This document shows, piece after piece, positions 1-11,348 of a stretch of DNA of 33,268 nt. Below the pieces are notes generated by a model. The model did not search any database. It had not been told where the DNA came from and saw only the letters and a list, made by a program, of their open reading frames with translations. Every line of letters begins with the position of its first letter. Within the stretch, counting starts at the first letter, position 1. The stretch comes from Octopus sinensis (lineage: Eukaryota), in NCBI RefSeq assembly GCF_006345805.1, contig NW_021832431.1, positions 1-33,268 of the forward strand, in the 5' to 3' direction. The position numbers and the translations under genes are program-made.

Positions 1-234
1 GTTTTAGCAAAAATCAAAGCTTCATTGAGTATAGGTGAAATACTAGAGTAATAAGTAATGTCAAATTGAAGGAAAGAGTACCTACTTTTGTTCTGTGTAT
101 TTCAGAACAAGTGTATGAGGGTGAGTTGGAAAGTTTGTTGACTAACTATGAAGGAGTGACGCTAGAGATGTGAAATATTGCATGCATTAATTCCAGCCCT
201 TCATATTAATAACAACATTGTTTCTGTACAGGTA

Positions 235-378
235 AACTGAGGGGATGATGTTCCAGCTTTGTTAATGGTGCAAAAGTGAACAGCTGAATTTAGAAGGGGA
301 AGGGAGAGTCTTGAAGATGACCGAACATCTGGACGTCCTGCAACTGCCACCACTGAGGAAAATATTGATAAAAGGATA
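235..378 (+). mobile_element. Mariner transposase remnant (N-terminal HTH region)
   Basis: Frame from 241 reads GDDVPALLMVQK*TAEFRRGRESLEDDRTSGRPATATTEENIDK, matching the mariner HTH motif (W..EF..GR.SLEDD.RSGRP.T..T.ENI). One stop replaces the conserved W. Confidence 0.7.
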
Positions 379-985
379 GCAAACATTAGAACATGAGGTA
401 TTAAACAAAATGAAAGGTGCATGAGAATTAATGCATACACAAAGAGAGTGAGTGTCAAAGAATATGGTAAATATATAGAGAGAGATAGTTTGATGGTGAT
501 AGATAGAGAGTGGGCAAGATGTCGATCTAAAAGTTGAGTTGTTTCTCACTTCAAATTATATTTTTTTTATTATTATTTATGATCAACTATGTCTGTGGGA
601 TTCAGAATTTGAAAATCACATTCATTTTTCTTGAGGCTGCATTGTTTGAAAGCCTTTTTGGGCTAAGCACACACACATAACCACATACACTCACATTTAT
701 AAAATAGAAGATATATATATATTCGTTCAGGCACAGCGGTAGTGATAACCAGTTGTTAGAACTCAATATACACATCAGTCTATCCATCTACATAAGCTGA
801 GATCTTGTTATAGCTTTTGAATTCATATGTAGCTGTTTAAATGTGTATTAATATATATTTGCATGCATTTCTATATGCATATAGTTATATTTATGTTCAT
901 TATATGCCTATGTGAATGCATATGTTTATCTAAATCTGCATATTTCTGGGAAATGGACCCTCACCTTCAAGCTGTATTGTATTTG

Positions 986-1052
986 TTATGTGTATGTGTG
1001 TATATATATGTGTGTGTGTGTGCATGTGTGTATATATATATATATATAAATA

Positions 1053-1145
<93 letters not shown>

Positions 1146-1146
1146 T
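986..1146. repeat. (TG)n/(TA)n/(CA)n microsatellite
   Basis: Directly visible dinucleotide arrays. Confidence 0.95.
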
Positions 1147-2479
1147 ATATTCTTTTATTCTTTTCCTTGTTTTAATCATTTGACTGTAGCCATGATTAAA
1201 TACTGCTGTGTCCCTGATATATATGTCACTCCAAACGTGATAATTTCTTTTTGAAATTAACATACACTTAATATTTTAATGGCTCCGAGGAAGTTATAAG
1301 ATGCTGCACTGTAAGCTAATCAAGATGATTATGTAATTTCTGTTCCCTTATCACTTAATAATTAATGCGTGTGATGCACATGTGCATGTGTATGTACCTG
1401 CGTATGTATGTGTGAGTGTGTATATGTGCATGCATTCATAACTAAATTCATTTATCAAAAAGTGGTTGACAGGTCAAATACCACCACGGCAATACTTTTA
1501 GTGTTGTACAAGAAGAAAAAGTATTGTCCATAAACAAGTGAGAATATGATAAGTGATATCAGAATGTTGAATATGCAACATAAATTGTTAAAAGTTTATG
1601 TATTGCAGAAAAATATAGAAGATGGGAACTACCTCAGAAAGTCATTTATTGGCTTCTCATGGTTTGCATGCAAGGATTATCTTGTATTGGTTAACTTCGA
1701 TAATAGGTTTCTTACACCATATTCAAACTGAGATCACTGACACATCTTCTACAATAAATATTTGGACCATGACTAATGCCTTATTGTTTCTTGATCTCTT
1801 TCACAGTTCAGGTCTTTTTTTAGGTTACTTCTCTCTTCCAATTAAGAATACAGACACCTCAACCAAATCACTCAACCTAGTAAAAGTATCAACCACATCT
1901 CCTTCATATCAAACTTTACTGCTTTAAAAAGGGAAGAACATATAGGGTAATGTAGTTCTGGCAACTCCAAAAAAGATTGGATAGTCATGGATTGAATGTT
2001 TTAGATTGTATATCTATGTAATCAGAGATGATATGGAACTAAACAACAATATACTGGATTTTCCTCTTTCCCAAAAGTCTTCTTTGCAAGATTTTATGGC
2101 ATCATGAAATCTCTTGCTATATTCAATACAGTAAATTCTTGAATTTCCATTGGAACCACCTGGCTCAAATATAGTCTCACTAAAGAAAATGAAATAGCAA
2201 CCCAATAAAAGTATTGATGAGTAGGTATTCAACAACAAATATAGTGTAACTATTATGCAAATACAGAACTTACATTACATCTAAACAATGCAATGAGGGA
2301 AAATTTACTTGTTACTTTGAAGGAAAAAGATCATCGTTGATATTGATGGTGTATAGTCTCCCTTAAGCTATTATTTGGACAATGCTGTTTGGTTGATAAG
2401 CAGCAGCATCAATCACCCATGACATTGGTAGTAGTGACAACATTGGTAAGCTATCAACAGAGACCTTGGTCACACTCAC

Positions 2480-2526
2480 AAAGCTGTCATCCATTAGATT
2501 GGATTTGATTTCTTCGTGTGTATGTC
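2480..2526 (-). CDS. Candidate 47-nt host exon (GHTHEEIKSNLMDDSF), unidentified
   Basis: Minus strand: pyrimidine-rich acceptor atgattttattttttag|GACATAC..., an open frame, and a consensus donor TTT|gtgagt. It lies in the only non-repeat stretch. No homology recognised. Confidence 0.25.
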
Positions 2527-2850
2527 CTAAAAAATAAAATCATCTACATACACATACTAGAAAAAAAAACATGAAATTAGACATACAAAACACATGATAA
2601 AAAAAGTGTAGAAAGTTTAATTGAAGCAACAACTATCAAGGAGTGTGTATAATGAAAGTAAATACATGAAAAAAAAGATATGCAGGTGGATTTAACATTT
2701 CACATAACCTTTATACAAGAAAAAGTATTAAAATAAGAAAAAAAGAAGTGGGAACGATATCAAACTGTCATAATAGCTGTATTCATTGGAAACATGGTGT
2801 AAAAAAGAAATAGAGAATGAGTTAGTCAGACAAGTGGCAGCATTTTTGTT

Positions 2851-3024
2851 AGAGGGGGTAAGTCAATTACACTGACCCAGTGCTCAACTGGTACTTATTT
2901 AATCAACCTCAAAAGGATGAAAGGCAAAGCTGACCTTGGCAGAATTTGAACACATACTGTAAAGATGGATAAAATGCCACTAAGCATTTTGCTCAGTATG
3001 CTAAGGATTCTACCAGCTTGCCTT
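2851..3024 (-). mobile_element. SINE (cephalopod-type), minus orientation
   Basis: The reverse complement (aaggcaagctggtagaatccttagcatactgagcaaaatgcttagtggc...aaattctgccaaggtcagctttgcctttcatcc...) is homologous to the plus copy at 3076-3290 and to 22240-22381. Confidence 0.8.
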
Positions 3025-3075
3025 ATTATCGTCATTATTATTGTTATTATTATTATTATTATTATTATCATTATT
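3024..3075. repeat. (ATT)n microsatellite between the inverted SINEs
   Basis: Directly visible. Confidence 0.9.
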
Positions 3076-3290
3076 AAGGTGGTGAGTTAGCAGAATCATT
3101 AGCATGCTGGGCAAAATGCTTAATGGCATTTCATCTGTCTTTACGTTCTTAGTCCAAATTCCGTCAAGGTCAATTTTATCTTTCATCCTTTCGGAGTTGA
3201 TCAAATAAGTGCCAGTCATCCACTGGAGTCAATGTAATCGACTTACTCTCTCCTGCTAAATTTCATGCTGTGGGCCTATAATAGAAAAGA
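3076..3290 (+). mobile_element. SINE, same family, plus orientation, followed by an (ATT)n tail
   Basis: aaggtggtgagttagcagaatcattagcatgctgggcaaaatgc...caaattccgtcaaggtcaattttatctttcatcctttcgg..., then (TTA)n at about 3291-3323. Confidence 0.8.
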
Positions 3291-3323
3291 TTATTATTGT
3301 TATTATTATTATTATTATTATTT

Positions 3324-6300
3324 TTTCCTTCTTTCTTCAAATTTTCTTCCATTTCTCGCTGAGTGTTTTCCGTACACCTAGGGCAGAGAAGCTCATTGTA
3401 TGTATTCCCAGATTACACATGCAAATTCACAGGTAAAATATGTATTTAAAAAATTAATAAATATAAATTCATGAATGGATGTTGTTTTCACAGCGATAAT
3501 GCTCTTCTCAGTACATGAGTCGTTCCAGTTAACATGATTTTTTGCACTTCCTGTAGGGATGGTAAGCCTGGTATCATTTTCAAATAGGTTTCAGTACCTT
3601 TTTTTTTATCATTTCTAGAGATCGTACAATCACTGGTACTGTAGTCACCTTGAGATGCCACATTTTTTCAATTTCTATTAGCAAGTCTTTATATTTACTG
3701 ATCTTGTCAAATTCTTTCACTGCTATATTGTGATTGAAAGGAATACTCATGTCAATGAATAAACACACCTTTTTTGTCTGAGCTTTTATAATAATATCCG
3801 GTTTGTTAGCTTTTATAGTTTTGTCGGTATGTATGGGGAAGCCCCAGAGAATTGACACATTTTCTCCCTCAGTCACAGCTAAAGGATGGTGTTTATACCA
3901 TTTGTCAGTGGTTTTGATTTTATAATGCTGACATATTGTCCAGTGTAAATACTGGCTGACTCTGTCATGTCTTGCTTTATATTCTACAGGTGCTAGACAC
4001 TATACCCTGAGATTAGGTGGTCTATAGTTTCAATCTCATCGTTACAGAATCAGCATTTTGGGTCAGCTCCATTTTTTATCACATTGGCTTGGTAGATCTA
4101 GGTTAATAAGCTTTGGTCTTGAACAGCTAATATGAAACCTTCACTCTCTGCTTTTAGCCCTGATCTTCATAACCATTGATGCGTGTGTTTCTGGTTATCA
4201 TCAGCTTGTTTACCACATACTTGCCATGCAGAGGTGTCTGTTCCCATCTGCTAGCTAATTTTTCATGTGAAATTAATTTTATTTTCTTTGCAGCAGCAGT
4301 TGGCGCATTTCCTTCAACCCGATCAATCTGGTAGGTATCTAAGAGATCAGTAGCGAATTTTTTGCTCTCTTTCAGAATAGAGTGAAGTTTTTTTGGTCTT
4401 TCATGTTTTTCAACAAGTTTTAGCATCCAAGCATTGGTTGTTTCAAGGTATTTGGCCAGTCCGATTGTGGTGGTTTTGTACGTAAGTTTAAGCTGAATTA
4501 AGCCTCGACCTCCCTAAGCTCTGGGAAGGTAAAGATGATCAACGTCTGCTTTTGGATAGTGCATCTTATTACAAGTCAGTAGCTTGTGGATTTTTCTGTC
4601 AATTTTCATTATTTCACTGGTATTCCAGTTAAGCACATTGAAGCTATAAAGAACAACTGAGACTGCTAAGGAATTTGTGGTTAACATCTTATTATATGCA
4701 TTCAGCGCAGACTTCAAGACTGCTCGAACTCTTCTGTAACATTCTCTTTCATGCTTGCATGCTGGATACCAGAGCCTTCATTTATTCCTAGGTATTTATA
4801 GGTTTGTTCCTGCTCAAGTTCCTTTATTACTGTTTTGACATCTAATTTGATAGAACTTGACTTTACCGATTTCCCTTTTTTAAAAGTGGATTTGGCATAC
4901 TTTTCAAGGCCAAACTTCCATATTGATATCATCACTGAATCCTTTCACAGTATGTAGTAGTCCTTCAAGCTCTTCATCATCTTTGCCATATAGTTTTAAA
5001 TCATCCATATAAAATAGATGGCTTATTTTCCTGTTATATTCAGTTCACTTGAGAGTGGTATTAGTGCTATACAGAAAATTAGTGGTGAAAGTGAGTCACC
5101 TTGGAAAATGCCACAGTTTATGCTAATATTGTTTGAGCGCAATACTACATTAGAATGATATAATTGGAGCTTCATGTTCCATAGTGACATATTATACTTT
5201 AAAAAATCTGAAATCACAGGACAAATTTTGAAAATGTCCAGCAATTTCAGAATCCACGTATAATCAATCCATGAAGAGCTGAGATTTCTGCACTTGTTAT
5301 GGCAGTTCTCAAGGATCATGTGATTAATTAGGAGCTGATCTTTGCATCCGTATGAGCCTCATCTGCATCCTTTTTGTTCAGCGGGAAAGCGGTTATTCTC
5401 TTCCATAAACATATGTTTTCTCCACTAGAATTGATGTCAAAATCTTATAGGTAGTAGACAAACATGTTATAGGCCAGTAGTTTTTGGGGTCTTTGGTTTC
5501 TTTATTTTGGGGGAGGAAGTAAGTAATAGCATTTGCCATTCAATGGGGAGTTTTTTCCGTGTCTTTGATAATACTTTTAAATAGTATTACTAACATTTTG
5601 TGTGCAGATGAGAGTGATGAGAGCCAGAAATTTGGTACTCCATCAATACCAAGGGATTTCCACTTATGAGCATTTGATAGTGCCCTCCTTAGGTCGGCGA
5701 TTGAGATGTCTTCCCATACCTGTTCTTGTAGATTTTTGTAGGCATCTTGGCTGGGTTTGATCTGGTCTGCATTTTTATTGTATGGTTTCTCATTCCAGAT
5801 CCCTTTCCAAAAGTTTTCAACTTCTTCCATTTGGGTTGGATTTTCAATGGTTATTTTTCTTTCCCTATTTCCCTGTAAAATGATTTGGCATTGGATTTGA
5901 ACATCTTATTTTGCTTGTAGCATTTGATACTTTTCTCAAATCTCCGTATTCTCTGAACTTTTTATGTTGTATGATTTCTTGTGTAATGCAGTTGCCAATT
6001 TTTATTTGTGTTTTATGTTGGTGTGCATTTGAGAGGTTATGGAGTGGTTCCCTATCATTCATATTTGTATGCCCTACAACTGCAAGCTCATTCAGAACTT
6101 CCTGCTTCATTTCAATGATAGATTTTCTGTGTTGTTCAGCAAATATGTAGTCTTCAAATTCTGTTTCAACATCATTTTCCTGGCTGTTCTTTCTAGGGTC
6201 ATTATATTTTCCTTTTTCTTCAGGTTCTTGAGTGGTTTCGGCAGATGGTCGCTTTTCAGTCAATGCTTGTGGTCCAACATTCCGCTCCTCTGCTTCATTA

Positions 6301-6725
6301 TTTCTTTCCTTACTTATATTTAGGTCATTCTCTACCACTGTTTTAATAGAGGTTAATTCTGCATCTGTGAGTCTGGTATTTCTGAAGCTATCTCTTCTAA
6401 CATTTGCTAATCTGTTTCCATTCAGGTTTGGTCTGCTAGCTGGATTCTGGCTCCTCTAAATTCTGTAGGAGTTTGTGATGTGTTTCTCTTGGGTTGGCCT
6501 ACTTAATGCAAAGTAATAAGCATATATTACTTCTTTATATTCTTCCTCGTTTCATTTAGTTCTTTTACATTTTTGATTTTGTGGTCGTTGTGGTGGTGAA
6601 CTTTCGGGCTTAATTTGGGACAAATTCAGGAAAGATATTCTGCCTTTTGAAAATTTTTTGCTGCCAGGCTGACAGCCTCCCGACAGGTGCACTTCCAGAA
6701 TAACCATTGGACAAGTGATTCGGTG
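3324..6725 (-). mobile_element. R4/Dong-like non-LTR retrotransposon (RT, zinc knuckle, restriction-like endonuclease), near full length, pseudogenised
   Basis: Minus-strand fragments: EEVENFWKGIWNEKPY; KWKSLGIDGVPNFWL; GIFQGDSLSPLIFCIALIPLS; SHLFYMDDLKL; YKYLG; degenerate CCHC (C*FC...DHLISG); RLE motif NKPDIIIK..CLFIDMSIP..KYKDL; terminal EVQKIMLTGTTHVLRRALSL* (stop 3488-3490). Many stops and frameshifts. The 5' boundary is approximate. Confidence 0.9.
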
Positions 6726-6833
6726 TACTGTTTGAAATTTTCTTTTCTTTTTAAGTAAAGTTAAATTATTATTAAATTTTCATTTTTTTTAGATATTTAT
6801 TTATTTATTTATTTTTTAACCACTAATCTTCAT

Positions 6834-8485
6834 ATGGGGACCAAAAACAGGATCCCTAGAGAAAGGAAGATTCTTATGAGACGACAGACAAGGATTGCGA
6901 ACCGCCTGAGCAAGCACACCAAAAGTGGTGAGAAGTCTCGGCTCAAGAGAATGCTAATGGAAATTGAGAAAAGTCTGCATCAGTCTCATGAAAAGGAGAG
7001 AGCAGATAAAGAAGCCTGGGTAATAGAAAATATAAAATCAAACCCTAAAGCTTTCTTTAAGTTTGCCAAAGAGACAGCTGCAGTGCACCAGAGAATAGGA
7101 CCTCTCTTCCAAAAAGATGGCTCCCTCACAGGAAATCCGACGAGGATAAGTGAAATAATGAACGAACAGTTCCAAAGTGTGTTCACTACACCTCTAGAAC
7201 ACAGGCAAGTAAACAACCCAGAAGAATTCTTTGCCACTTTACCTGTGGCCAAAGAGGCAAAAATTGAGTACATCAATATTGAAGATGATGATATCACACT
7301 GGCTCAGCTGACACAAACTCAGCTGCTGGACCTGATGGATTTCCAGCGATCCTTCTCAAATCGCTACAGTTTCTTTTCCAGAGCTTTCTTGCAAAATTGA
7401 AAGAGTGGGGTAATATGCCCTATCCATAAGGGAGGAAGCAGAGCAGATGCTAAAAATTATAGGCCTATCTCTCTGACCTCACACATCAGCAAAGTCATGG
7501 AACAAATAGTCTGCAAGAAACTAATCATGTTCCTGGAAGAAAATGACTTGCTGACTGACACCCAGCATGGATTTCGACCAGGTAGAAGCTGCCTAACACA
7601 GCTCCTGCAACACTATGACCGGGTGTTAAAACAGCTACTAAATGGCTCAAATGTTGATGTGATATATCTCGACTTTGCAAAAGCCTTTGAAAAGTTGACC
7701 ACGGTATGATTTGTTACAAACTGCATGGTATCGGCATAGGTGGAAAACTTGGAGAGTGGCTGCACAACTTCCTAAAAGACAGAAAACAGGCAGTTGTGAG
7801 CAATGGAGCCACCTCCAAAGAAACGCAAATAACAAGCGGTGTCCCACAGGGCACTGTCTTGGGGCCACTGATGTTCATAGTGGCCCTTTCAGACATGCCC
7901 TCAGTTGCTAAGATGGCCACCCTTGCTAGCTATGCAGATGACACAAAAGTCTCCCACACAATACAAAACCCTGGAAATATTGCACATCTGCAACAGGAGT
8001 TGGATACAAAATACAGGTGGGCTGAGGACAACAACATGCAGTTTAATGCAGGTAAGTATCAGGCCCTGCGCTACCGGCACACAAAAGTAAAGACATGCAG
8101 ACTGGATACACTGGCCCGGGAAGAATTGCAAACCCTGAGTCAAAATCAGTGCGTGACCTGGGCATTGACATGAGCAATGATGCATCTTTCCAAGTGCATA
8201 TTACTAATTTGGTGATAAAATGCAGACGGCTAGCTGGATGGATTCTCCGAACTTTCAGAACAAGAGACAAAGAGACACTGATTGTACTGTGGAAAACTTT
8301 TGTCCTCAGCCGCTTGAACTACTGCTCCCAACGATGGTCACCACACAATATAAAACTAACAGCAAAACTCGAAGCTATTCAAAGAAGCAACACTAAGAAG
8401 ATCGTCTCAATGCAACATATCAGCTACTGGGAAAAGACTGAAAGTATTAAAACTCTTCTCCCTAGAGCGAAGGTGGGACAGACAT
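6834..8485 (+). mobile_element. CR1-group (CR1/L2/Crack-like) LINE RT remnant, 5'-truncated, frameshifted
   Basis: QHGFRPGRSCLTQLL, VDVIYLDFAKAF, SGVPQGTVLGPLMF, YADDT, VRDLGI, GWILRTFRTRD, YCSQRWSP and SYWE/RLKVLKLFSLERR, spread over the ORFs at 6834, 7497, 7706 and 8095. Confidence 0.92.
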
Positions 8486-8489
8486 TTTT

Positions 8490-8945
<456 letters not shown>

Positions 8946-9136
8946 AAGAGTGTATTTTTACCTTGTTAACAATTAACACGGAAAAATAGATAAATAGTTA
9001 CCAGGGCAGCAAAAATCTCACAAGTAAAGGTGTTGTAACTCCTTGTTTATAAAGGTAGAAACTTCGTGTTTACGTTGAATATTTTGAATAATATGAATAA
9101 AAAATGGAGTTAACGCAGGTGTAATCAAATATTTTT

Positions 9137-9222
9137 ACTTTCGACACATGTTTCGAAAATTCCACTGATACTATTCAAAAGAATAAATGGTATAAACAAT
9201 GCAATCTTTTTCTCAGGAAAGT
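9137..9222 (-). ncRNA. Type I hammerhead ribozyme motif (G8A and G10.1A variant)
   Basis: Minus strand: ACTTTC-CTGAGAA-aaagatt...aattttc-GAAAC-ATGT-GTC-GAAAGT. Stem I is 6 bp and stem III carries the palindrome ACATGT. Confidence 0.7.
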
Positions 9223-9423
9223 GAAAAAAACGAAACTCGTCAATAAGACATTTTAGCAAAAAATGATGGATTTGTATAGCGATAGACAGAACGCTATTAA
9301 TATTGTTTAAAAAAACGTTCTATGATATAACGTCATAAGTAGCTAACAGAAGGAGTAGGGATATTAATAGTGAATGTTAAATATAAATGAAATTAAAGTT
9401 TAAATTATATCTAATGATAGAGA

Positions 9424-10215
9424 CTACTTATATGCACTAAATGTATGTTTTTGCCAATGCTTACATCTATATGCTCGCTCTATAACCGTGTTTACTAGAA
9501 TATTTTTAGAAAAAATAATGAAAAATAGCTCAGAATTGCAGAGAAGACAGAATTTCTTGCCTTTGTCATATGGTATCGAAATTGAGAGAATCAACCATTC
9601 TAAATGAAATTGTTCATTGTGGTCTTTTAAATCCCAAATCAGTTTGCTGAGACCGGTACTATTCCGTTTATTTCTATCCCTAAATGTTGAGTAATGGATA
9701 GAAATTCTTTTAGATAACTCTAACGCTGTGCTTCCAATGTAAAATCGTACTTTATTACGAGTACTGATTATACACTGGTATATAGAATTTTTAATCTTAG
9801 AGTTACTTGACATAAACTTAATTCTATTGGAATTGACTTCAGATACAATAACCTTGTTAATAATATTTCTAGAGGGTTGGATGGTATCAGCTAAATTAAT
9901 GTTAGTATTAGTAAATGTATTAATATTTAACAGTTTGTTATTATGAGAAGAGATAATTTGCAAGAGATTTTTTGTGTTTGAAAAACCTATCCTAGCCTTA
10001 TGTGAATTGATTATAGAGTAATATCTAGAATTGTTTGGAAAATTCCTAGCAATAGCTTGACGAAACAGCAGTGGAAGATTAGATTTAATTTGTCTCCCGT
10101 AAGGAATTATTAACCAAATATTTCTACTAGTATTCATAGCGTAATTACTTTTGAAGGTGTTATATTTACTTTTAGATCGATAATAGGGGATTAAATAAGG
10201 GTTATCTGCCTTCAT
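9424..10215 (-). CDS. PLE C-terminal region with GIY-YIG endonuclease (263 aa from ATG; frame open to about 10357)
   Basis: IYQC..., FYIGST..KRI..H..TF, STGLSKLIWDLKD, WLIL, PY, CLLC..E, N..E..C.H..K, which is the PLE GIY-YIG pattern. The upstream in-frame AGYTEKIFY resembles the end of the PLE RT thumb. No RT palm motifs. Confidence 0.85.
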   Translation of the reverse strand: MKADNPYLIPYYRSKSKYNTFKSNYAMNTSRNIWLIIPYGRQIKSNLPLLFRQAIARNFPNNSRYYSIINSHKARIGFSNTKNLLQIISSHNNKLLNINTFTNTNINLADTIQPSRNIINKVIVSEVNSNRIKFMSSNSKIKNSIYQCIISTRNKVRFYIGSTALELSKRISIHYSTFRDRNKRNSTGLSKLIWDLKDHNEQFHLEWLILSISIPYDKGKKFCLLCNSELFFIIFSKNILVNTVIERAYRCKHWQKHTFSAYK

Positions 10216-10380
10216 TCGCTTTGTATCGGTGCGTAAGTTATGTTTGTTATCAATGATTCTTTTACGACCAGAAATCTTATCTACATTATTGAATTTACAA
10301 TTAGACTGAGCAGAATCTATGTAGAAAATTTTCTCTGTATAACCTGCTAAAATGTCTTATTGACGAGTTTGGTTTTTTTC

Positions 10381-10466
10381 ACTTTCTTGAGGAGAAGATT
10401 GCATTGTTTATACCATTTATTCTTTTGAATAGTATCAGTGGAATTTTCGAAACATGTGTCGAAAGT
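10381..10466 (+). ncRNA. Type I hammerhead ribozyme motif (C3U variant)
   Basis: ACTTTC(10381)-TTGAGGA-GAAGATT...AATTTTC-GAAAC(10449)-ATGT-GTC(10460)-GAAAGT. Stem I is 6 bp and the stem II base is 7 bp. Predicted cleavage after C10460. Confidence 0.78.
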
Positions 10467-10509
10467 AAAAATATTTGATTACACCTGCGTTAACTCCATT
10501 TTTTATTCG

Positions 10510-10510
<1 letters not shown>

Positions 10511-10547
<37 letters not shown>

Positions 10548-10560
10548 TTATATATATATA

Positions 10561-10637
<77 letters not shown>

Positions 10638-10638
10638 G

Positions 10639-10683
<45 letters not shown>

Positions 10684-10692
10684 ATATATATA
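10511..10692. repeat. (TA)n microsatellite
   Basis: Directly visible. Confidence 0.95.
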
Positions 10693-11327
10693 CTAGCAGT
10701 ATCGCCCGGCGTTGCTCGGGTTTGTAAGGGAAATAACTATATAAGCATTTTTAGAGAGTTATAGCCAAAAATAGCAAAAAATGCATTAAAAATGGAAAAA
10801 AATATGATGGTAAATTTTTTTTAAATCGTTGACTCATCGTAGACATTTTTAGAGAGTTACTTCCCTTATATAATAGCGAAAAAAATGCATTAAAATGGAA
10901 AAAAACGATGGTAAATTTTTTTAAAATCGTAGACTCATGTAGACGCTTTCTTAGCCATTTCTGTTTTGGTGTCTTCAAGCCATGAAGTCGTTGTTCTAAA
11001 AGAACGCTGGTCTCGTTGACAACGCATTACGACGTTGATTTCCTTACACTCCCTTCCCCACAGGTGCAGGTGTGAGCGTGGACGCCAACTCCGCCGCCAT
11101 CGACACACGAAAAATTATGCATTAAAATGGAATAAAAAATGATGTTAAATTATTTTTAAAATCGTAGACTCATCGTAGACGCGCGCTAATACTCAGACGG
11201 GCTCGATATGAATCACGACTATAAGCTACCCGAATTTGGTTAAACTGCACCGCAAAATGTGGGAGTAGTTAGGAATCTAAATCGAAGGGGACAGACACTC
11301 ACACAACTACAGTTTTATATATATAGA
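10693..11327 (-). mobile_element. Non-autonomous Helitron
   Basis: Minus strand A|TC...hairpin cccgagcaacgccggg...CTAG|T, with internal ~100 bp tandem repeats. Same family as 21829-22226. Confidence 0.75.
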
Positions 11328-11348
11328 TATACATAGCGCAGTAGTGGT

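Larger units (their letters stand above)
8946..10510 (-). mobile_element. Penelope-like element cassette 1: RT-less GIY-YIG ORF between 166 bp inverted pLTR arms (9093-9258 and 10345-10510)
   Basis: The arms are near-identical reverse complements (tgctaaaatgtcttattgacgagttt...cgaaacatgtgtcgaaagt...ctccattttttattc). Each arm contains an HHR motif and the interior encodes a GIY-YIG domain. Confidence 0.85.

Noticed and set aside
863-1263. ORFs rich in YI/CV/HT dipeptides here and at about 10.4, 12.1, 12.8, 19.4, 20.2, 24.6, 26.4 and 31.6 kb
   Set aside because: They are translations of stop-free dinucleotide and tetranucleotide microsatellites.
1622-1927. 101 aa plus-strand ORF
   Set aside because: No recognisable domain or splice context; length is compatible with chance.
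9424-10215. Domesticated host nuclease gene, or selenoprotein-type PLE
   Set aside because: The pLTR/HHR context indicates a transposon origin, and neither GIY-YIG ORF has an in-frame TGA at a conserved Cys position.
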